A stretch of DNA of 64,000 bases from a virus: IMG/VR virus record IMGVR_UViG_3300034102_003113. One strand, written 5' to 3'. The translations under genes and the position numbers were made by a program. Every line of letters starts with the position of its first letter. The stretch's first letter is position 1. The notes beneath the pieces are model-generated. The model did no database searches, had not been told where the DNA came from, and saw only the letters and a list, made by a program, of their open reading frames with translations. Shown here one piece after another: positions 9,292 through 20,422 of the stretch.

Positions 9292-10365
9292 ATGTCTCTC
9301 TCCAACCTCTACTTTCGCGGGTGCTTTGAGCAACCCTCTCAAGAGCAGATTGATGCCATTGAGGGGATAGATGGTGGGAACGTTGAAACAGGCGTAGTAG
9401 ATAGGTCTTGTGCCAGAGAAGACCTGAATACTTGTGGGATTAGTATTCAAGAGTTATTTGACACGTACTCTATCTACTCAACGCAGAAGGGGTTATATAA
9501 GACGTGGGGGGAGATTGAGTTTCCTTGGGAAATATCTGCCCTCACTCCAGATTTATTTTTTGAACTCACCGATGATAAATGGTCGGTGGGAACGTATCGT
9601 CGTATCACGGCTTACGCTGAAGGCGTAAGAGTCCTTCTCATAGAAGATGATGGGTATGAGGTAGGGTTATACCAGGCAAATCAGGATGTTGTTTCCATCT
9701 CTGGACCATTTGATTATTCAAAATGGGATAAGATCTGCGGAGTAAAAACAACCATTCCCGTAGGATTACCGACAGTAGAGGAGTTACGTGAGAGATACGC
9801 TCCATACGCCCTTGAGTATTTCTATGATGAGTGGGAGGAGGTAGATAGCGCTTGGTCGGAAGGTACGTACGAGTTATCTCTGCAAGATTGCCAGTCTCAA
9901 GGTGGGACTCTCGGAGATTTTGAGAAGTGCATGAGAGACTCCAGCTCAGATGTATGGAAAGACGCGCGTGTAAGAAGGGAATTCTTTTATAAACGTGGAG
10001 ATACTATCCTAGTTGAGGGAGAATGCGAAGATGCAATCTGTGTTTGGATTGCTATTCAAGACATGCCGGCTACTGAGACAATATATAATGAGTATGCCAA
10101 GTTTGCCCCTGGACCATATTGGCAGAAAATATATTGCGTAAATAGTAATAGAAATAAATGTCTCGAGTACCAGAGACAAAAAGAACCGGCTTTAGGCTAC
10201 GATGTTGTTCAAATCGGGTCATTGGGACATTACGTCGAGGTCCCTGTCCCCTATAGATTAAAACCCAACACCCCCAGTCTTGATGAGAGAGCGCAAACTC
10301 GCTCTGCTCCGGTGATCCTTACACAAGACCAAATCGACGCTCTTACCCAACCTACGGAGGAATAA
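9292..10365 (+). CDS. Acidic structural protein with two CBM5/12-like repeats
   Basis: Internal duplication: AYAEGVRVLL...LYQANQDV...WDKICGV and FYKRGDTILV...VWIAIQDM...WQKIYCV. Confidence 0.6.
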   Translation: MSLSNLYFRGCFEQPSQEQIDAIEGIDGGNVETGVVDRSCAREDLNTCGISIQELFDTYSIYSTQKGLYKTWGEIEFPWEISALTPDLFFELTDDKWSVGTYRRITAYAEGVRVLLIEDDGYEVGLYQANQDVVSISGPFDYSKWDKICGVKTTIPVGLPTVEELRERYAPYALEYFYDEWEEVDSAWSEGTYELSLQDCQSQGGTLGDFEKCMRDSSSDVWKDARVRREFFYKRGDTILVEGECEDAICVWIAIQDMPATETIYNEYAKFAPGPYWQKIYCVNSNRNKCLEYQRQKEPALGYDVVQIGSLGHYVEVPVPYRLKPNTPSLDERAQTRSAPVILTQDQIDALTQPTEE

Positions 10366-10371
10366 GATATA

Positions 10372-11208
10372 ATGGCAAATGTTTTTGGCGGAGGAGGCGG
10401 TAATTGTGGCACGGGTGGAGTCCAACGTGTCCTACCCACATCTCCTGATGCTACTCAGAGTAACGCTTCTCAGACATTTTCTACACAACCTAATGTCTAC
10501 GCCAAGCCCAAAGCTGGGACGGATGGGATAAATCTTCGTGATTTTTACACCAAGTCGGATATTAATAAGTTCCTTAAGACTAAGGCGGATATTGGTTCGG
10601 TATATGACAAGAGTGAGGTTGACAGTCTACTGGCGGCTTTGCAGGCCAGTGTAAACTCCTCTATCCTACCACTCGTTACAGAAGCAGAGTTGGCTTCTGC
10701 TTTGAGTTCTCTATCACAGACACTTCTAGCAGAGGTACAGAGTAACTACTATACCAAGGATGTTCTATATACAAAATATGAACTAGATATACTTTTTGCG
10801 GATGCAACAACTGACCCAGATGACTTTGTCTCTAAATCCCCAACGCTCCTTCTGCAAAATACAATCGATCCGGGTTCTTCCCAGGCGATTCCACTCACCC
10901 TTGTAGCATCGGAATCTACTCAGGTTGATGTAGTTCAGCAATGGATTGATCACGAGGCAAATTCTATAGGCCGGATTAGAAAATCTGGACAGGTGGAGTT
11001 CTATGGTAATCTGATCCTTGGCGAGAACATCGAGTCTTGGAGACCTGCTCTAGATGCAAGTGAGAGACGGATTGCCGGTGTCGCCGATCCTATTCACACC
11101 CTTGACGCCGTTAACAAGGGATTCATGGAGGATTACGTTACTGAAGTTATTGATAATGTAGTCCAAGGAGATGATAAGAACTATATCATCGACGCTTTAG
11201 TCTATTAA
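10372..11208 (+). CDS. Fibre/collar-like trimeric structural protein
   Basis: Y(T/D)KxxxD repeats (YTKSDIN, YDKSEVD, YTKYELD) and a YadA-neck-like RIAGVADP..LDAVNK motif. Confidence 0.65.
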   Translation: MANVFGGGGGNCGTGGVQRVLPTSPDATQSNASQTFSTQPNVYAKPKAGTDGINLRDFYTKSDINKFLKTKADIGSVYDKSEVDSLLAALQASVNSSILPLVTEAELASALSSLSQTLLAEVQSNYYTKDVLYTKYELDILFADATTDPDDFVSKSPTLLLQNTIDPGSSQAIPLTLVASESTQVDVVQQWIDHEANSIGRIRKSGQVEFYGNLILGENIESWRPALDASERRIAGVADPIHTLDAVNKGFMEDYVTEVIDNVVQGDDKNYIIDALVY

Positions 11209-11224
11209 AATATACCACAATCCC

Positions 11225-13225
11225 ATGGCAGAACTTAGAGACCGCATTTACCACCGTCGCTCACCTATCGTTTCAAAAAGACCACAACTTTTTGACATCG
11301 ATGACGGAGAGTTAGCGCTCAACTATAATACCAACGAGCCCGGTCTCTACTTCAAAGATCTTGCGGATGATGGCACAAGGCGGATTAGGAAGATTGGTCC
11401 GATTCACTTTGGACCTACTCCGCCAAATTATTACGCCGCATCCCAAGGATATCCCACTGAGTTATCAAATGGGGAATGTTGGATAGATACAAGTGGTGGA
11501 GTAGAAGAATATATTCTTAAAGTATGGAACGCAGCGTCTTCTCAGTGGATAGAAACATCAGCGATTTATGCCCGCAGAGATGAAAATCTTGACCAGTTTC
11601 TTGACGGTGAGGATGGAGATGACTTTATCCATACCGACGGGATAAGATTAAAAATCAATAATAAGACCGCATTAGCAGGATTCTCCACGGCCGACGGTGA
11701 TAAACTTATTATCAATGAGGACAATAAATTTGCTAATGGCGTAGAAGTAAATGGCACGTCATTCCTCCTCACGACTGAACAAATTGAGGCGATTGGTAAC
11801 GATATCATCCTCAAGCCCCATGAGGGCTATATGTTTACAACAGATAGTGCTACTGGAACGACTCAGACTATCTTTGGTTATAATTCCCATGGTCTTTTTA
11901 ACGGGGAAAGAATTTACGTCCAAGGTACCCTCATCAACGGAACTACGCCATCCCCTGTTGCTGCTGGGGAGTACTTTGTGGCCGATGCAACCACAAACAC
12001 ATTCCGTCTGAAGACAGCCGGTGGGGCATATGTAGGCTCAACAGGGAATATTTATATCTCCTACTCACCGGAAATAATTGTTGATAGGGACCGGAATGTT
12101 ATCCAGGCCGGTAATTTTGGTCTAAAGAGCATCGATGACATTATCAATCTCTCTTCAAATCAGATTTCTGAGCAGACTTGGGATGTGTTTCACAACCCTA
12201 CAAACGGAAATGTTCGCGTCTTTGCCAGAGTTGGTAATGAAGTAGAGCAGATCGAGACATCAATATTATCTATCGATGTGAAGAGCGCGGAGACATCCGA
12301 CTCTATTGAGATTGGCGATCCAGTCTACTACGTAGGAAAAGACTTTGCTACAGGTCTTACCAAGGTGGCCAGGGCAAAAGCCTCAGATAACACAAAAATG
12401 AGAGCGATTGGAGTGGCCCAGGCCGAGATTTCTCCCAACTCCAAAGGCTCTATTACTCTTCTCGGTGAAGTGAAAGGGTTCAATACAACTAATCTTGATG
12501 GGGCATTGCCAGGCGGCACTAGTAATGTCGGCAGAGTGGTATACGTGGCAGAGAATGGTGGCTTACGTCTCTCTCAGCCAAATACAGTTACCAATATCTC
12601 CCAGCAGATCGGCATTCTTATCCGTGAAGATGCTACTGACGGTGCCATCATGGTCAACCATCCCAGCTCCTTTGTATCTCTCCCCAACCTTTCAGAGAAT
12701 TACATGTGGGCGGGTATTACTAATGATATAGCAACTGCCCACTATCTACTCCCAACAACTTTTAAGCGGACATACAATAGCCTCACTGGAGTCTGGAGTA
12801 TTGGTCTTGCAGATAATATTGAGTTTGGTGGGTATAAGTTTGGGTCGGATGGAGCAACCGGGTCAGGAATCGAGACATTCATCGAGACGACATCAGTCCC
12901 TGCGCCAACTTACACCCCACTAGACGTTGAGAGATTTAGTACGTCGTATAGATCAGCAAAGTACATTGTCCAGGTGACAGGAGTTAGTGCCGATGGTACT
13001 GATTCCCCGGTGTACCAAGTTGGGGAGATTCTTATCATCCATAATGGGGTAGATGCATTTGTTGTAGAGTATGGCATGGTGAGTACATATGCCAATGAGA
13101 GACTGGGGCAGTTTGATGCATACATAGACGGAGGGGATTCAGAGGTTGTACTCACCTTCCAGAAGTTTCCACTCGTCACGGGATCAGTAGAAATTAAAGC
13201 AGTTCGTACCTCTATTTTAGTTTAA
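11225..13225 (+). CDS. Multidomain tail fibre/structural protein
   Basis: N-terminal DGELALNY...LYFKD anchor, an HGL..GE.I...YFV...TFRL domain, an IGDPVY...RAIGVA domain, and a C-terminal YRSAKYIVQV...EYG domain as seen in cyanomyophage structural proteins. Confidence 0.75.
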   Translation: MAELRDRIYHRRSPIVSKRPQLFDIDDGELALNYNTNEPGLYFKDLADDGTRRIRKIGPIHFGPTPPNYYAASQGYPTELSNGECWIDTSGGVEEYILKVWNAASSQWIETSAIYARRDENLDQFLDGEDGDDFIHTDGIRLKINNKTALAGFSTADGDKLIINEDNKFANGVEVNGTSFLLTTEQIEAIGNDIILKPHEGYMFTTDSATGTTQTIFGYNSHGLFNGERIYVQGTLINGTTPSPVAAGEYFVADATTNTFRLKTAGGAYVGSTGNIYISYSPEIIVDRDRNVIQAGNFGLKSIDDIINLSSNQISEQTWDVFHNPTNGNVRVFARVGNEVEQIETSILSIDVKSAETSDSIEIGDPVYYVGKDFATGLTKVARAKASDNTKMRAIGVAQAEISPNSKGSITLLGEVKGFNTTNLDGALPGGTSNVGRVVYVAENGGLRLSQPNTVTNISQQIGILIREDATDGAIMVNHPSSFVSLPNLSENYMWAGITNDIATAHYLLPTTFKRTYNSLTGVWSIGLADNIEFGGYKFGSDGATGSGIETFIETTSVPAPTYTPLDVERFSTSYRSAKYIVQVTGVSADGTDSPVYQVGEILIIHNGVDAFVVEYGMVSTYANERLGQFDAYIDGGDSEVVLTFQKFPLVTGSVEIKAVRTSILV

Positions 13226-13227
13226 AG
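13220..13227 (+). promoter_or_regulatory. GTTTAAAG putative late promoter
   Basis: Exact motif overlapping the upstream stop codon, 40 nt before ATG 13268. Confidence 0.6.
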
Positions 13228-13267
13228 CCATATAGATTCTATATGCTCGGGGGAGCTGTGAACCCGT

Positions 13268-13489
13268 ATGGCAAACAACAAAAAATTTAATGTCAGGCAC
13301 GGCCTGAGTTCTGGTGCTGGGGTCACTCAGCGTGATATTGTAAGCGATGTTGGTGAGGTGTTGGATGTTGGTGTGCTCACCAACCTTACTACTGTCACGA
13401 AGACAAATGTCGTAGCGGCCATCAATGAGATTAATGATGGTAACGCCAAGATCGACGATGTCATCGCCCTATCCATAGCACTGGGTTGA
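13268..13489 (+). CDS. Small fibre-associated protein
   Basis: LTTVTKTNVVAAINEI and a C-terminal IALSIALG, both common phage fibre-adaptor motifs. Confidence 0.7.
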   Translation: MANNKKFNVRHGLSSGAGVTQRDIVSDVGEVLDVGVLTNLTTVTKTNVVAAINEINDGNAKIDDVIALSIALG

Positions 13490-13500
13490 GAGACTGATCC

Positions 13501-13881
13501 ATGGCAAACACTTTTAAGGCCTATTCAAAAGCTTCCGTAGGCACTACTCCGACAACAGCATACCAGGTTGAGTTGGGTGCGGCTACGGGCAAAACGGCTA
13601 TTGTGATTGGTATCTCCCTGGCAAACAGAGCAGCGACTCCGATTAATGTTGATGTGCAGATCGATAGACCTGCGGCAGGCACTACTGCAGCTCCTCGGGA
13701 CGATGTCTACCTCGCCAAGGCTATCCCCATTCCCAGTGGGAGCACCCTGGAGGTTATGGCCGGGCAAAAACTCATCCTGGAGTATAATGGCACCGCGGCG
13801 GCAGGAGATAAAATTGTAGTTACATCAGACACCGCCTCGTCGCTTGATGTGATCGTAAACGCACTAGAAATCACCTCGTAG
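13501..13881 (+). CDS. Small beta-sandwich virion protein (paralog of 39690..40094)
   Basis: AN...V.V...Y...IP.G...EV..G.K.IL...D pattern shared with 39690..40094. Confidence 0.75.
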   Translation: MANTFKAYSKASVGTTPTTAYQVELGAATGKTAIVIGISLANRAATPINVDVQIDRPAAGTTAAPRDDVYLAKAIPIPSGSTLEVMAGQKLILEYNGTAAAGDKIVVTSDTASSLDVIVNALEITS

Positions 13882-13901
13882 GGTAAGGAGTAGCACTCAT
13901 T

Positions 13902-16712
13902 ATGGCGTATCTTGGCAACGATGTAGACTCGATTTTTATTCCAGGTAGTGTTAATACCTCAACAAGCCTGACGATTACAGGAGGAGGACTGACTCAGACA
14001 GGTGGTGATGTCAACTTTGATAGCGGGACATTATTCATCGATGAGGATCTTAATAGAGTTGGTATTGGAATTACCAGTCCATCTAACAATTTACACGTAT
14101 ATTCCTCTGCATCGACATCAACTCTCATAGAGTCTACAAATTCTTCTGGATATTCTACATTTGGGGTAAAATCTGGGGATATTGAGGCTCTATTATATGC
14201 AAGTTCTGCGGAAAACGCAATAATTTTAAGAAATAATAGCAATACAACTGCTGCCGCGTTGGCACTTGCAGCAACTAGGAGTAGTGGTGCTGATCTTACA
14301 ATTTTCAGAAGTACAAGAAACGTAGTTATTGGAAATAATCCAACAGAAGCATCTCAGACGGGGACTGCGGGTCAAAAATTACAAGTTCAAAGTGGTGCTT
14401 ACTTTTCTGGCAATGTAGGTATTGGCACTACCAATCCGGTATCAAAATTGGATGTTAATGGAAAGGTATCAATTACCCCGCCAACTTCTCTACCAACAAC
14501 ATTAGATACTGGTTTTAGTATTACAAATACTTCCACAAAAACCTATCCATCAACAACGCCCTTTCAGGTCACTCCTGGTTTGCACCAAGACATTCAGATC
14601 GGCACAAGCCAAACAATTCCATCTGGTGCTGGCGTTGGAACTATTCGTGGCATTTACAATAGACTTATAAAAAATGACGGAACCACCACAAACCTTTCTG
14701 GGGTAGGTGTTGTTGGTACAAGTAACATCATTGAATGGAGTGACGCAAACTTAGCAGCCAATTACTCGGGCATTCAAAATCTTTTAACTATATCTGGCAC
14801 AAATATTAGTGGCAATAGTACAAATTTAACTGGTGTAGTTAACAGTGTAAATGTCACAAATCCGAGTAATACTTCTATTGCCATAGGACTCTCAAACGGG
14901 ATTAGTTCAAATCTAAACTTAGGTACTTACGGATCGACTTCTCAAACAATATCTATTACCACTCATGCGGGAGTTGTTTCAGCAATACAAGCTCCACACA
15001 ACCAAGTTGGAAAGAACCTGAACATTGCGACAGTTTATGGCTTCAGATCATTTCTCTCTTTTGGTGGTAACTTTTCAGGATATGATGGCAGCAACTGTGT
15101 TACTACTATCAGCAATCTATATCATTTTGAAGGGACAGGGTATCTAGGATCGTTAGGCACTGGATCCACGACTACGATTACAAATCTATATGGACTATTC
15201 CTTGGCGCTCCAACAACACATGCTGGAACCACAATTACAAATAACTGGGGCATTTACCAGAACTGGGGTACTGCCAAAAACTACTTTGCTGGGAACGTTG
15301 GTATTGGGACGAATAACCCCCAGCAAGCCCTTCACGTTTTTCAATCCGGTGGTAATGGATTTGTTGGAGTCAGAGCCCAGAACAGCAATAGTGGTATAGG
15401 CACTGCTGGTATTGAATTTTCATCCGACGTAACGTACGCAAAAGCTGCAATAGCTCAGATTCGTGGTGATGCAAATGGCAAAGGCGACTTAGCGTTTTAC
15501 ATTGACTCAAGCAATGACGCCGCAAACTGGTCGACAGATGATGAAAAAGTCCGTATCGATAGCTCCGGCAGGTTGTTGGTGGGGACAACTCTTGCGCGTG
15601 CAAACTTCTATAATGGTGCTAATACTGCGCGGATTCAACTAGAGGGAACCAACTACCAAAACGCTGCTTTTGCCATCGTTTGCAACGCAAACTCTAATGA
15701 CAAAGGTTCCCTAATTCTTGCCAAGAATCGAGGCACAACCATTGGCTCAAATACAATCGTTCAAGATGGCGACGACTTGGGCTCAATTGAGTTTCAAGGG
15801 TCCGATGGTGCCGAGTTTGTTCAGGCTGCAAATATCAAGGCCGAAGTAGACGGCACCCCCGGCGCTAACGACATGCCGGGCCGTTTAGTGTTCTCCACTA
15901 CCGCCGATGGAGCGAGCAACCCGACTGAGCGGATGAGGATTACGTCGGGAGGAAATGTTGGCATAGGAACCACAAATCCAATAGCGTTTTCTGGTCAAAC
16001 ACATCATACCGTTAATTATTCTGGAGATGGAACACAGGTTTCTGGATATAATTTAATGGTGAATGGTACAAGATATGCTTCATTCATATCTTATCCAAGC
16101 AATTCGGAAGCGTTGAGGATTTCCTCTCATTCAACTAGTCTTCCGATGATTTTTCAGACGAATGACCAGACAAGAATTACAATTAAAGCAGATGGAAATG
16201 TCGGTATAGGAACCACAAATCCATCACAACCATTGCATGTTATAGGTAATGTAAGAATTGGTGCATCTTCTAGTGGTTCTCAATATTCAACTTTATCAGT
16301 TTTTGGGGACACTTCTATACAATCTGCTTCTCCTCTGTTAAACATGACAGTTGCAGATGGTTCTAATAGACTAGCATATATTTCTCATTCTGGGATAGGA
16401 AGTAATCTTTATATTTTAAATCAACAAAATAGTACTCTTAGATTTGGAACCAATAACCAAGAGTACTTGATTTTATCTACAACTGGAAACTTTACTCCAA
16501 GTTTCGATGCAACTCAAAATCTTGGTTCTCCCTCAGCCCGCTGGGCCAACATTTATTCTGCTGACCTTCAACTATCCAATGAAGGCTCCGACGGGAATGA
16601 TGTTGATGGGACATGGGGTGCCTATACCATCCAGGAGGGTGAGGAGAACTTATATCTCATTAACCGGCGATCTGGTAAGAAGTTTAAGTTTGTATTAGAA
16701 GAGGTTAAATAA
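13902..16712 (+). CDS. Tail fibre protein with GNVGIGT repeats
   Basis: MAYLGN start, five (G/R)xVGIGxxxP repeats, and a C-terminal DLQLSNE...VDGTWG.YTIQEGEENL domain typical of cyanophage fibres. Confidence 0.85.
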   Translation: MAYLGNDVDSIFIPGSVNTSTSLTITGGGLTQTGGDVNFDSGTLFIDEDLNRVGIGITSPSNNLHVYSSASTSTLIESTNSSGYSTFGVKSGDIEALLYASSAENAIILRNNSNTTAAALALAATRSSGADLTIFRSTRNVVIGNNPTEASQTGTAGQKLQVQSGAYFSGNVGIGTTNPVSKLDVNGKVSITPPTSLPTTLDTGFSITNTSTKTYPSTTPFQVTPGLHQDIQIGTSQTIPSGAGVGTIRGIYNRLIKNDGTTTNLSGVGVVGTSNIIEWSDANLAANYSGIQNLLTISGTNISGNSTNLTGVVNSVNVTNPSNTSIAIGLSNGISSNLNLGTYGSTSQTISITTHAGVVSAIQAPHNQVGKNLNIATVYGFRSFLSFGGNFSGYDGSNCVTTISNLYHFEGTGYLGSLGTGSTTTITNLYGLFLGAPTTHAGTTITNNWGIYQNWGTAKNYFAGNVGIGTNNPQQALHVFQSGGNGFVGVRAQNSNSGIGTAGIEFSSDVTYAKAAIAQIRGDANGKGDLAFYIDSSNDAANWSTDDEKVRIDSSGRLLVGTTLARANFYNGANTARIQLEGTNYQNAAFAIVCNANSNDKGSLILAKNRGTTIGSNTIVQDGDDLGSIEFQGSDGAEFVQAANIKAEVDGTPGANDMPGRLVFSTTADGASNPTERMRITSGGNVGIGTTNPIAFSGQTHHTVNYSGDGTQVSGYNLMVNGTRYASFISYPSNSEALRISSHSTSLPMIFQTNDQTRITIKADGNVGIGTTNPSQPLHVIGNVRIGASSSGSQYSTLSVFGDTSIQSASPLLNMTVADGSNRLAYISHSGIGSNLYILNQQNSTLRFGTNNQEYLILSTTGNFTPSFDATQNLGSPSARWANIYSADLQLSNEGSDGNDVDGTWGAYTIQEGEENLYLINRRSGKKFKFVLEEVK

Positions 16713-16715
16713 CCC

Positions 16716-18014
16716 ATGGCAATTTATGGTTCCCTTGGTGGGCAAGATTCAACATCTACTGGTTATCCATCTATTCGACCAACTCTTGATTTAAATTTTG
16801 CTCAGACTAAAACCCTAGATCCTAGAGTTACTTTCTATAGAGATTCTCTTGGAACTTATGTAGATTCTCAAGGAATTATTCGCACTGTTACAGCAAATGT
16901 TCCGAGGTTTGATCACAATCCCATCACTGGAGAAAGTTTAGGACTATTGATTGAAGAGAGTAGGACTAATTTAGAATTGAATTCTCAAGATTTTACGCAA
17001 TCAAATTGGACAAAAACTAATTGTAGTATCAATTCTATAAACAATACTATTGCTCCTGATGGAACTTTAACCGCTAATAAAATTGCAGAATCTACCGGGA
17101 CTATTACATCAGGTGGAGTAGTATATGCAATAACTGGAACAAACAATGGAATAACGTATACAATAAGTGTATATGCAAAAGCAGCAGGTAGAAATTACCT
17201 AGCTATTGATGGATATCTTGCACCTTATCAAACAGCAATTTTTAACTTATCAAATGGCACTGTGACTACTAGTGCTGGAGTATCTTGTTCTATAGTTTCA
17301 GTTGGAAATGGATGGTATAGATGCATTTTTGTTATCACATCTACTGGATACACTGGAGGTCCATCGTTCCGTTTTCAGAATGATGTAGCTTCAACTTCAT
17401 ACACTGGAGATGGAAATTCTGGAATTTATTTATGGGGAGCACAAGTAGAAGCAGGTTCTTTCCCAACTTCATATATTCCAACCTCAGGATCCGCAGTAAC
17501 TCGCAGTGCTGATACTGCATATATGGATGGAGTTAATTTAACAAGTTGGTATAGCATTTTAGAATCTACTATGTTCATACAAGCTTCAAATGATTATTTT
17601 GGTTCTTTTTCCTCACATGCTGGAAGTGGAATAGAACTGCATTCTGGAGTTTTTCAATCTCAAATGATTGCATTCGGTGGAAAACGGGACCATTTATATT
17701 ATCCCGCTGGACTGTTAGATATTTTTAGTTCTAGTGGTGCTTCTGTTTATGGAGGTGGTCCAGTTAATACCAGAACAAATGCAAGTATAGTTTATAAAAC
17801 TGCATATGCATATAAGTCTGGAAGCTTGGCAGTTTCTGCAGATGGATATAATGCTGGAACATCATCTAGCACATTTACTCATCCAACTATAACTAGGCTA
17901 CAATTTGGGTCAAATTTTTATGCTTATGATCCATTTAATGGAAAAATATCCAGATTAATGTATTACCCAAAAACCCTTACTGCTAGTCAACTTAAAAACC
18001 TAACGGCACTCTAA
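16716..18014 (+). CDS. Tail-associated lectin-like (ConA/CBM) protein
   Basis: LDLNF, PRFDH.P.TGE.LGLLIEESRTN, GNGWYRC and WGAQVEAGSFPTSYIPT motifs. Confidence 0.75.
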   Translation: MAIYGSLGGQDSTSTGYPSIRPTLDLNFAQTKTLDPRVTFYRDSLGTYVDSQGIIRTVTANVPRFDHNPITGESLGLLIEESRTNLELNSQDFTQSNWTKTNCSINSINNTIAPDGTLTANKIAESTGTITSGGVVYAITGTNNGITYTISVYAKAAGRNYLAIDGYLAPYQTAIFNLSNGTVTTSAGVSCSIVSVGNGWYRCIFVITSTGYTGGPSFRFQNDVASTSYTGDGNSGIYLWGAQVEAGSFPTSYIPTSGSAVTRSADTAYMDGVNLTSWYSILESTMFIQASNDYFGSFSSHAGSGIELHSGVFQSQMIAFGGKRDHLYYPAGLLDIFSSSGASVYGGGPVNTRTNASIVYKTAYAYKSGSLAVSADGYNAGTSSSTFTHPTITRLQFGSNFYAYDPFNGKISRLMYYPKTLTASQLKNLTAL

Positions 18015-18017
18015 ATA
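18011..18017 (+). promoter_or_regulatory. CTAAATA, T4-like late-promoter-type site
   Basis: 20 nt upstream of ATG 18038, followed by an AGGAG RBS. Resembles the T4-type TATAAATA box. Confidence 0.4.
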
Positions 18018-18037
18018 ATACAGGAGAATAATAAACA

Positions 18038-20422
18038 ATGCCTAATCTTATTGGAACTGGTAATAATCAAGTCCCAACAAATGGAATGTTGGGTGGATTG
18101 GCATACCAATCTCCTGATAATGCAGTCATCAAAACTCTAGAACTTACTAATTTATCGGGCCATAATTCAGTAATTCCAAGTAATGCTATAGATGTTTTTG
18201 TGTATGATACTCGCAAAGACTCTGATGGTGGGCAATGGCGCAAGCGCACACAACATACCTCTTGGTACAATGAAACACTAAATACCGAAATTCGTGGAAG
18301 TCGTAGAGATTTTCCTGCGGTTGCTGTGATTGTTGCTACTACTACCACCATAACGATTTATGACGGCGATGATCCTGATATGCCAATGTGGATCGTTATA
18401 GCCAGAAATCCTGGAACTCTATTTTTAACAGATGGATATTCATGTTTAATTTCATCTATAACTGCATTAAATGGCATAATAAGTGTTGGTATTTATGCCA
18501 CAAATGAAGTTGGATACTATGGCGGATTAATTACTTTAAATCTTGTAAAAGATATAGGATTTAAATATGGGGGGAATAGTATTTTCTATAGCGGTAGAGG
18601 TAGTTATGGAACAAAACTTCGTGATATTGTTAACCCAACTTGGTATCAATTATTTTTATCTCCTAGTACATTTAGTCTTGTAAGCGGATATACAAATGAC
18701 GTGGCAATGACAGTGCTTCCAAATGCACCCATTGATAGTACTACGGGTCTTCCAGTTCCTACGATTGTTGTTGCTACTACTAGTGGTGTTAATATCATCA
18801 AGGATGATGGGACCATTATAAGTTGGTTGACAACAGTTGGTAATGTTAGTCGAGTATCAATATCAAAAAATTATGAAATCTTTGCCGGTGGTGGGGGTGG
18901 TATTGCATTTTATGCCTGGTATAATAAAACAATTCCAACATTATCTTCAAATAATTCTGATGCTATTTTTGGAACATTATATTCTTCTACATCATTACCA
19001 AGACTAGGTTCTAATGGAAATAGTGTTGTAGGTGATAAAAGTATATTTTCAAATGATACCATATATTTTTCTGAATACGCAGGTATCTCAACAAATGACA
19101 AATTAATCATACTCAATCAAAATACTTCACATTTTGGAAATAGTTTGGTTGCGTATCTTACTTCATCTTATAACACAGGATGGATGTACGGAGACATCAA
19201 AGGTGCTTTTCTGTCTGATACAAGTACTGCAAGTGTGACTGGAACTGAACTCGTTACAAATGGAACTTTTATTAGTGATGCAAGTGGATGGACTACAACT
19301 GGGGTGAGTTCTTCAGTTTCAAGTGGCAGATTACGAATTACTAATACAACAGTAACAAATGGAGAAGTGTATCAAGGATTTGCAACTCAAGTAGGTAAAA
19401 AATATGTTTTAACATTAGAATGTTATAGCGGAACAAGTAATGCATCATTTTTTATATCAAATGCTGCTCCCGATAACTACTTAGGAGATTTGGGATATGT
19501 AAGTCCTGCATCTGGTTCCTATACTATGTACTTTACTGCGTCTGCAACTACAACCTATTTAAGATTAGAAAATGTTAATACTCCTATTGGCGCGTATTCG
19601 GAATATGACAATATTTCAGTCCGTCTTGTCGAACCAGACCGCAGTGTAAACAACAAAGGACTTGCAGTATACGGAACCATCACTAAGACTCCTGTTGCAA
19701 CTGGTTCAAATCTGGTTGCCTATAGTGGATGGTCCAACTCCAATTATTCGCTCAGACCGGCAGGTGTTACTGACTTAAATAATTCCTCAATGACATTTAT
19801 GAGTTGGTATAAAGGAGGTAGTTATGCTGGAGAAGAAGTTATCGTAAGTACTGGAGATTATGGTAGTGCAAGTGAAGTTAGAAGTATATATTTAACCCCT
19901 AGTGGAGTTCCTGGATTTGCCGGGTGGAGTAATGATTATAATCCAGGTAATAGTATTAGGGATAATACTTGGCATTTTATATGTGTAGTAATTCAATATG
20001 TATCAGGAACAACTTATAATATTTCTGTATATGTGGATGGAGTTCTAACGGGCACAACTAGTAAGTCTTTATCTACATTTACAAATACGGCAATAAATGT
20101 TGGTGGGGGGTCTATTCCAGGAACATATTTTGCCAATGGTTCTTTATCTTTAGTTAGAGTTTCAACAACAATTCCATCTCCAGAACAAATCAAAAAAATC
20201 TATGAGGACGAGAAGGCCCTCTTCCAATCAAATTCACAGGCCACCCTTTTTGGCTCTTCGGATATCGTCACGGCCCTGGCCTACGATGATACAACATCGC
20301 TACTTCACGTGGGCACATCGTCGGGCCGTTCTGAGTTTAAAGGACTGAAAAGAGTGGGTAATACCACAACCGCAGTGACCACATCCATCTCCGCCTCAAA
20401 TGGCCTTGTAGCAGAGCAATAA
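18038..20422 (+). CDS. Tail fibre/receptor-binding protein with CBM-like and LamG domains
   Basis: ELVTNGTF...W...YDNISV carbohydrate-binding-like domain, then a LamG pattern WHFICVV...VYVDG...EQIKKIY. Confidence 0.75.
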   Translation: MPNLIGTGNNQVPTNGMLGGLAYQSPDNAVIKTLELTNLSGHNSVIPSNAIDVFVYDTRKDSDGGQWRKRTQHTSWYNETLNTEIRGSRRDFPAVAVIVATTTTITIYDGDDPDMPMWIVIARNPGTLFLTDGYSCLISSITALNGIISVGIYATNEVGYYGGLITLNLVKDIGFKYGGNSIFYSGRGSYGTKLRDIVNPTWYQLFLSPSTFSLVSGYTNDVAMTVLPNAPIDSTTGLPVPTIVVATTSGVNIIKDDGTIISWLTTVGNVSRVSISKNYEIFAGGGGGIAFYAWYNKTIPTLSSNNSDAIFGTLYSSTSLPRLGSNGNSVVGDKSIFSNDTIYFSEYAGISTNDKLIILNQNTSHFGNSLVAYLTSSYNTGWMYGDIKGAFLSDTSTASVTGTELVTNGTFISDASGWTTTGVSSSVSSGRLRITNTTVTNGEVYQGFATQVGKKYVLTLECYSGTSNASFFISNAAPDNYLGDLGYVSPASGSYTMYFTASATTTYLRLENVNTPIGAYSEYDNISVRLVEPDRSVNNKGLAVYGTITKTPVATGSNLVAYSGWSNSNYSLRPAGVTDLNNSSMTFMSWYKGGSYAGEEVIVSTGDYGSASEVRSIYLTPSGVPGFAGWSNDYNPGNSIRDNTWHFICVVIQYVSGTTYNISVYVDGVLTGTTSKSLSTFTNTAINVGGGSIPGTYFANGSLSLVRVSTTIPSPEQIKKIYEDEKALFQSNSQATLFGSSDIVTALAYDDTTSLLHVGTSSGRSEFKGLKRVGNTTTAVTTSISASNGLVAEQ

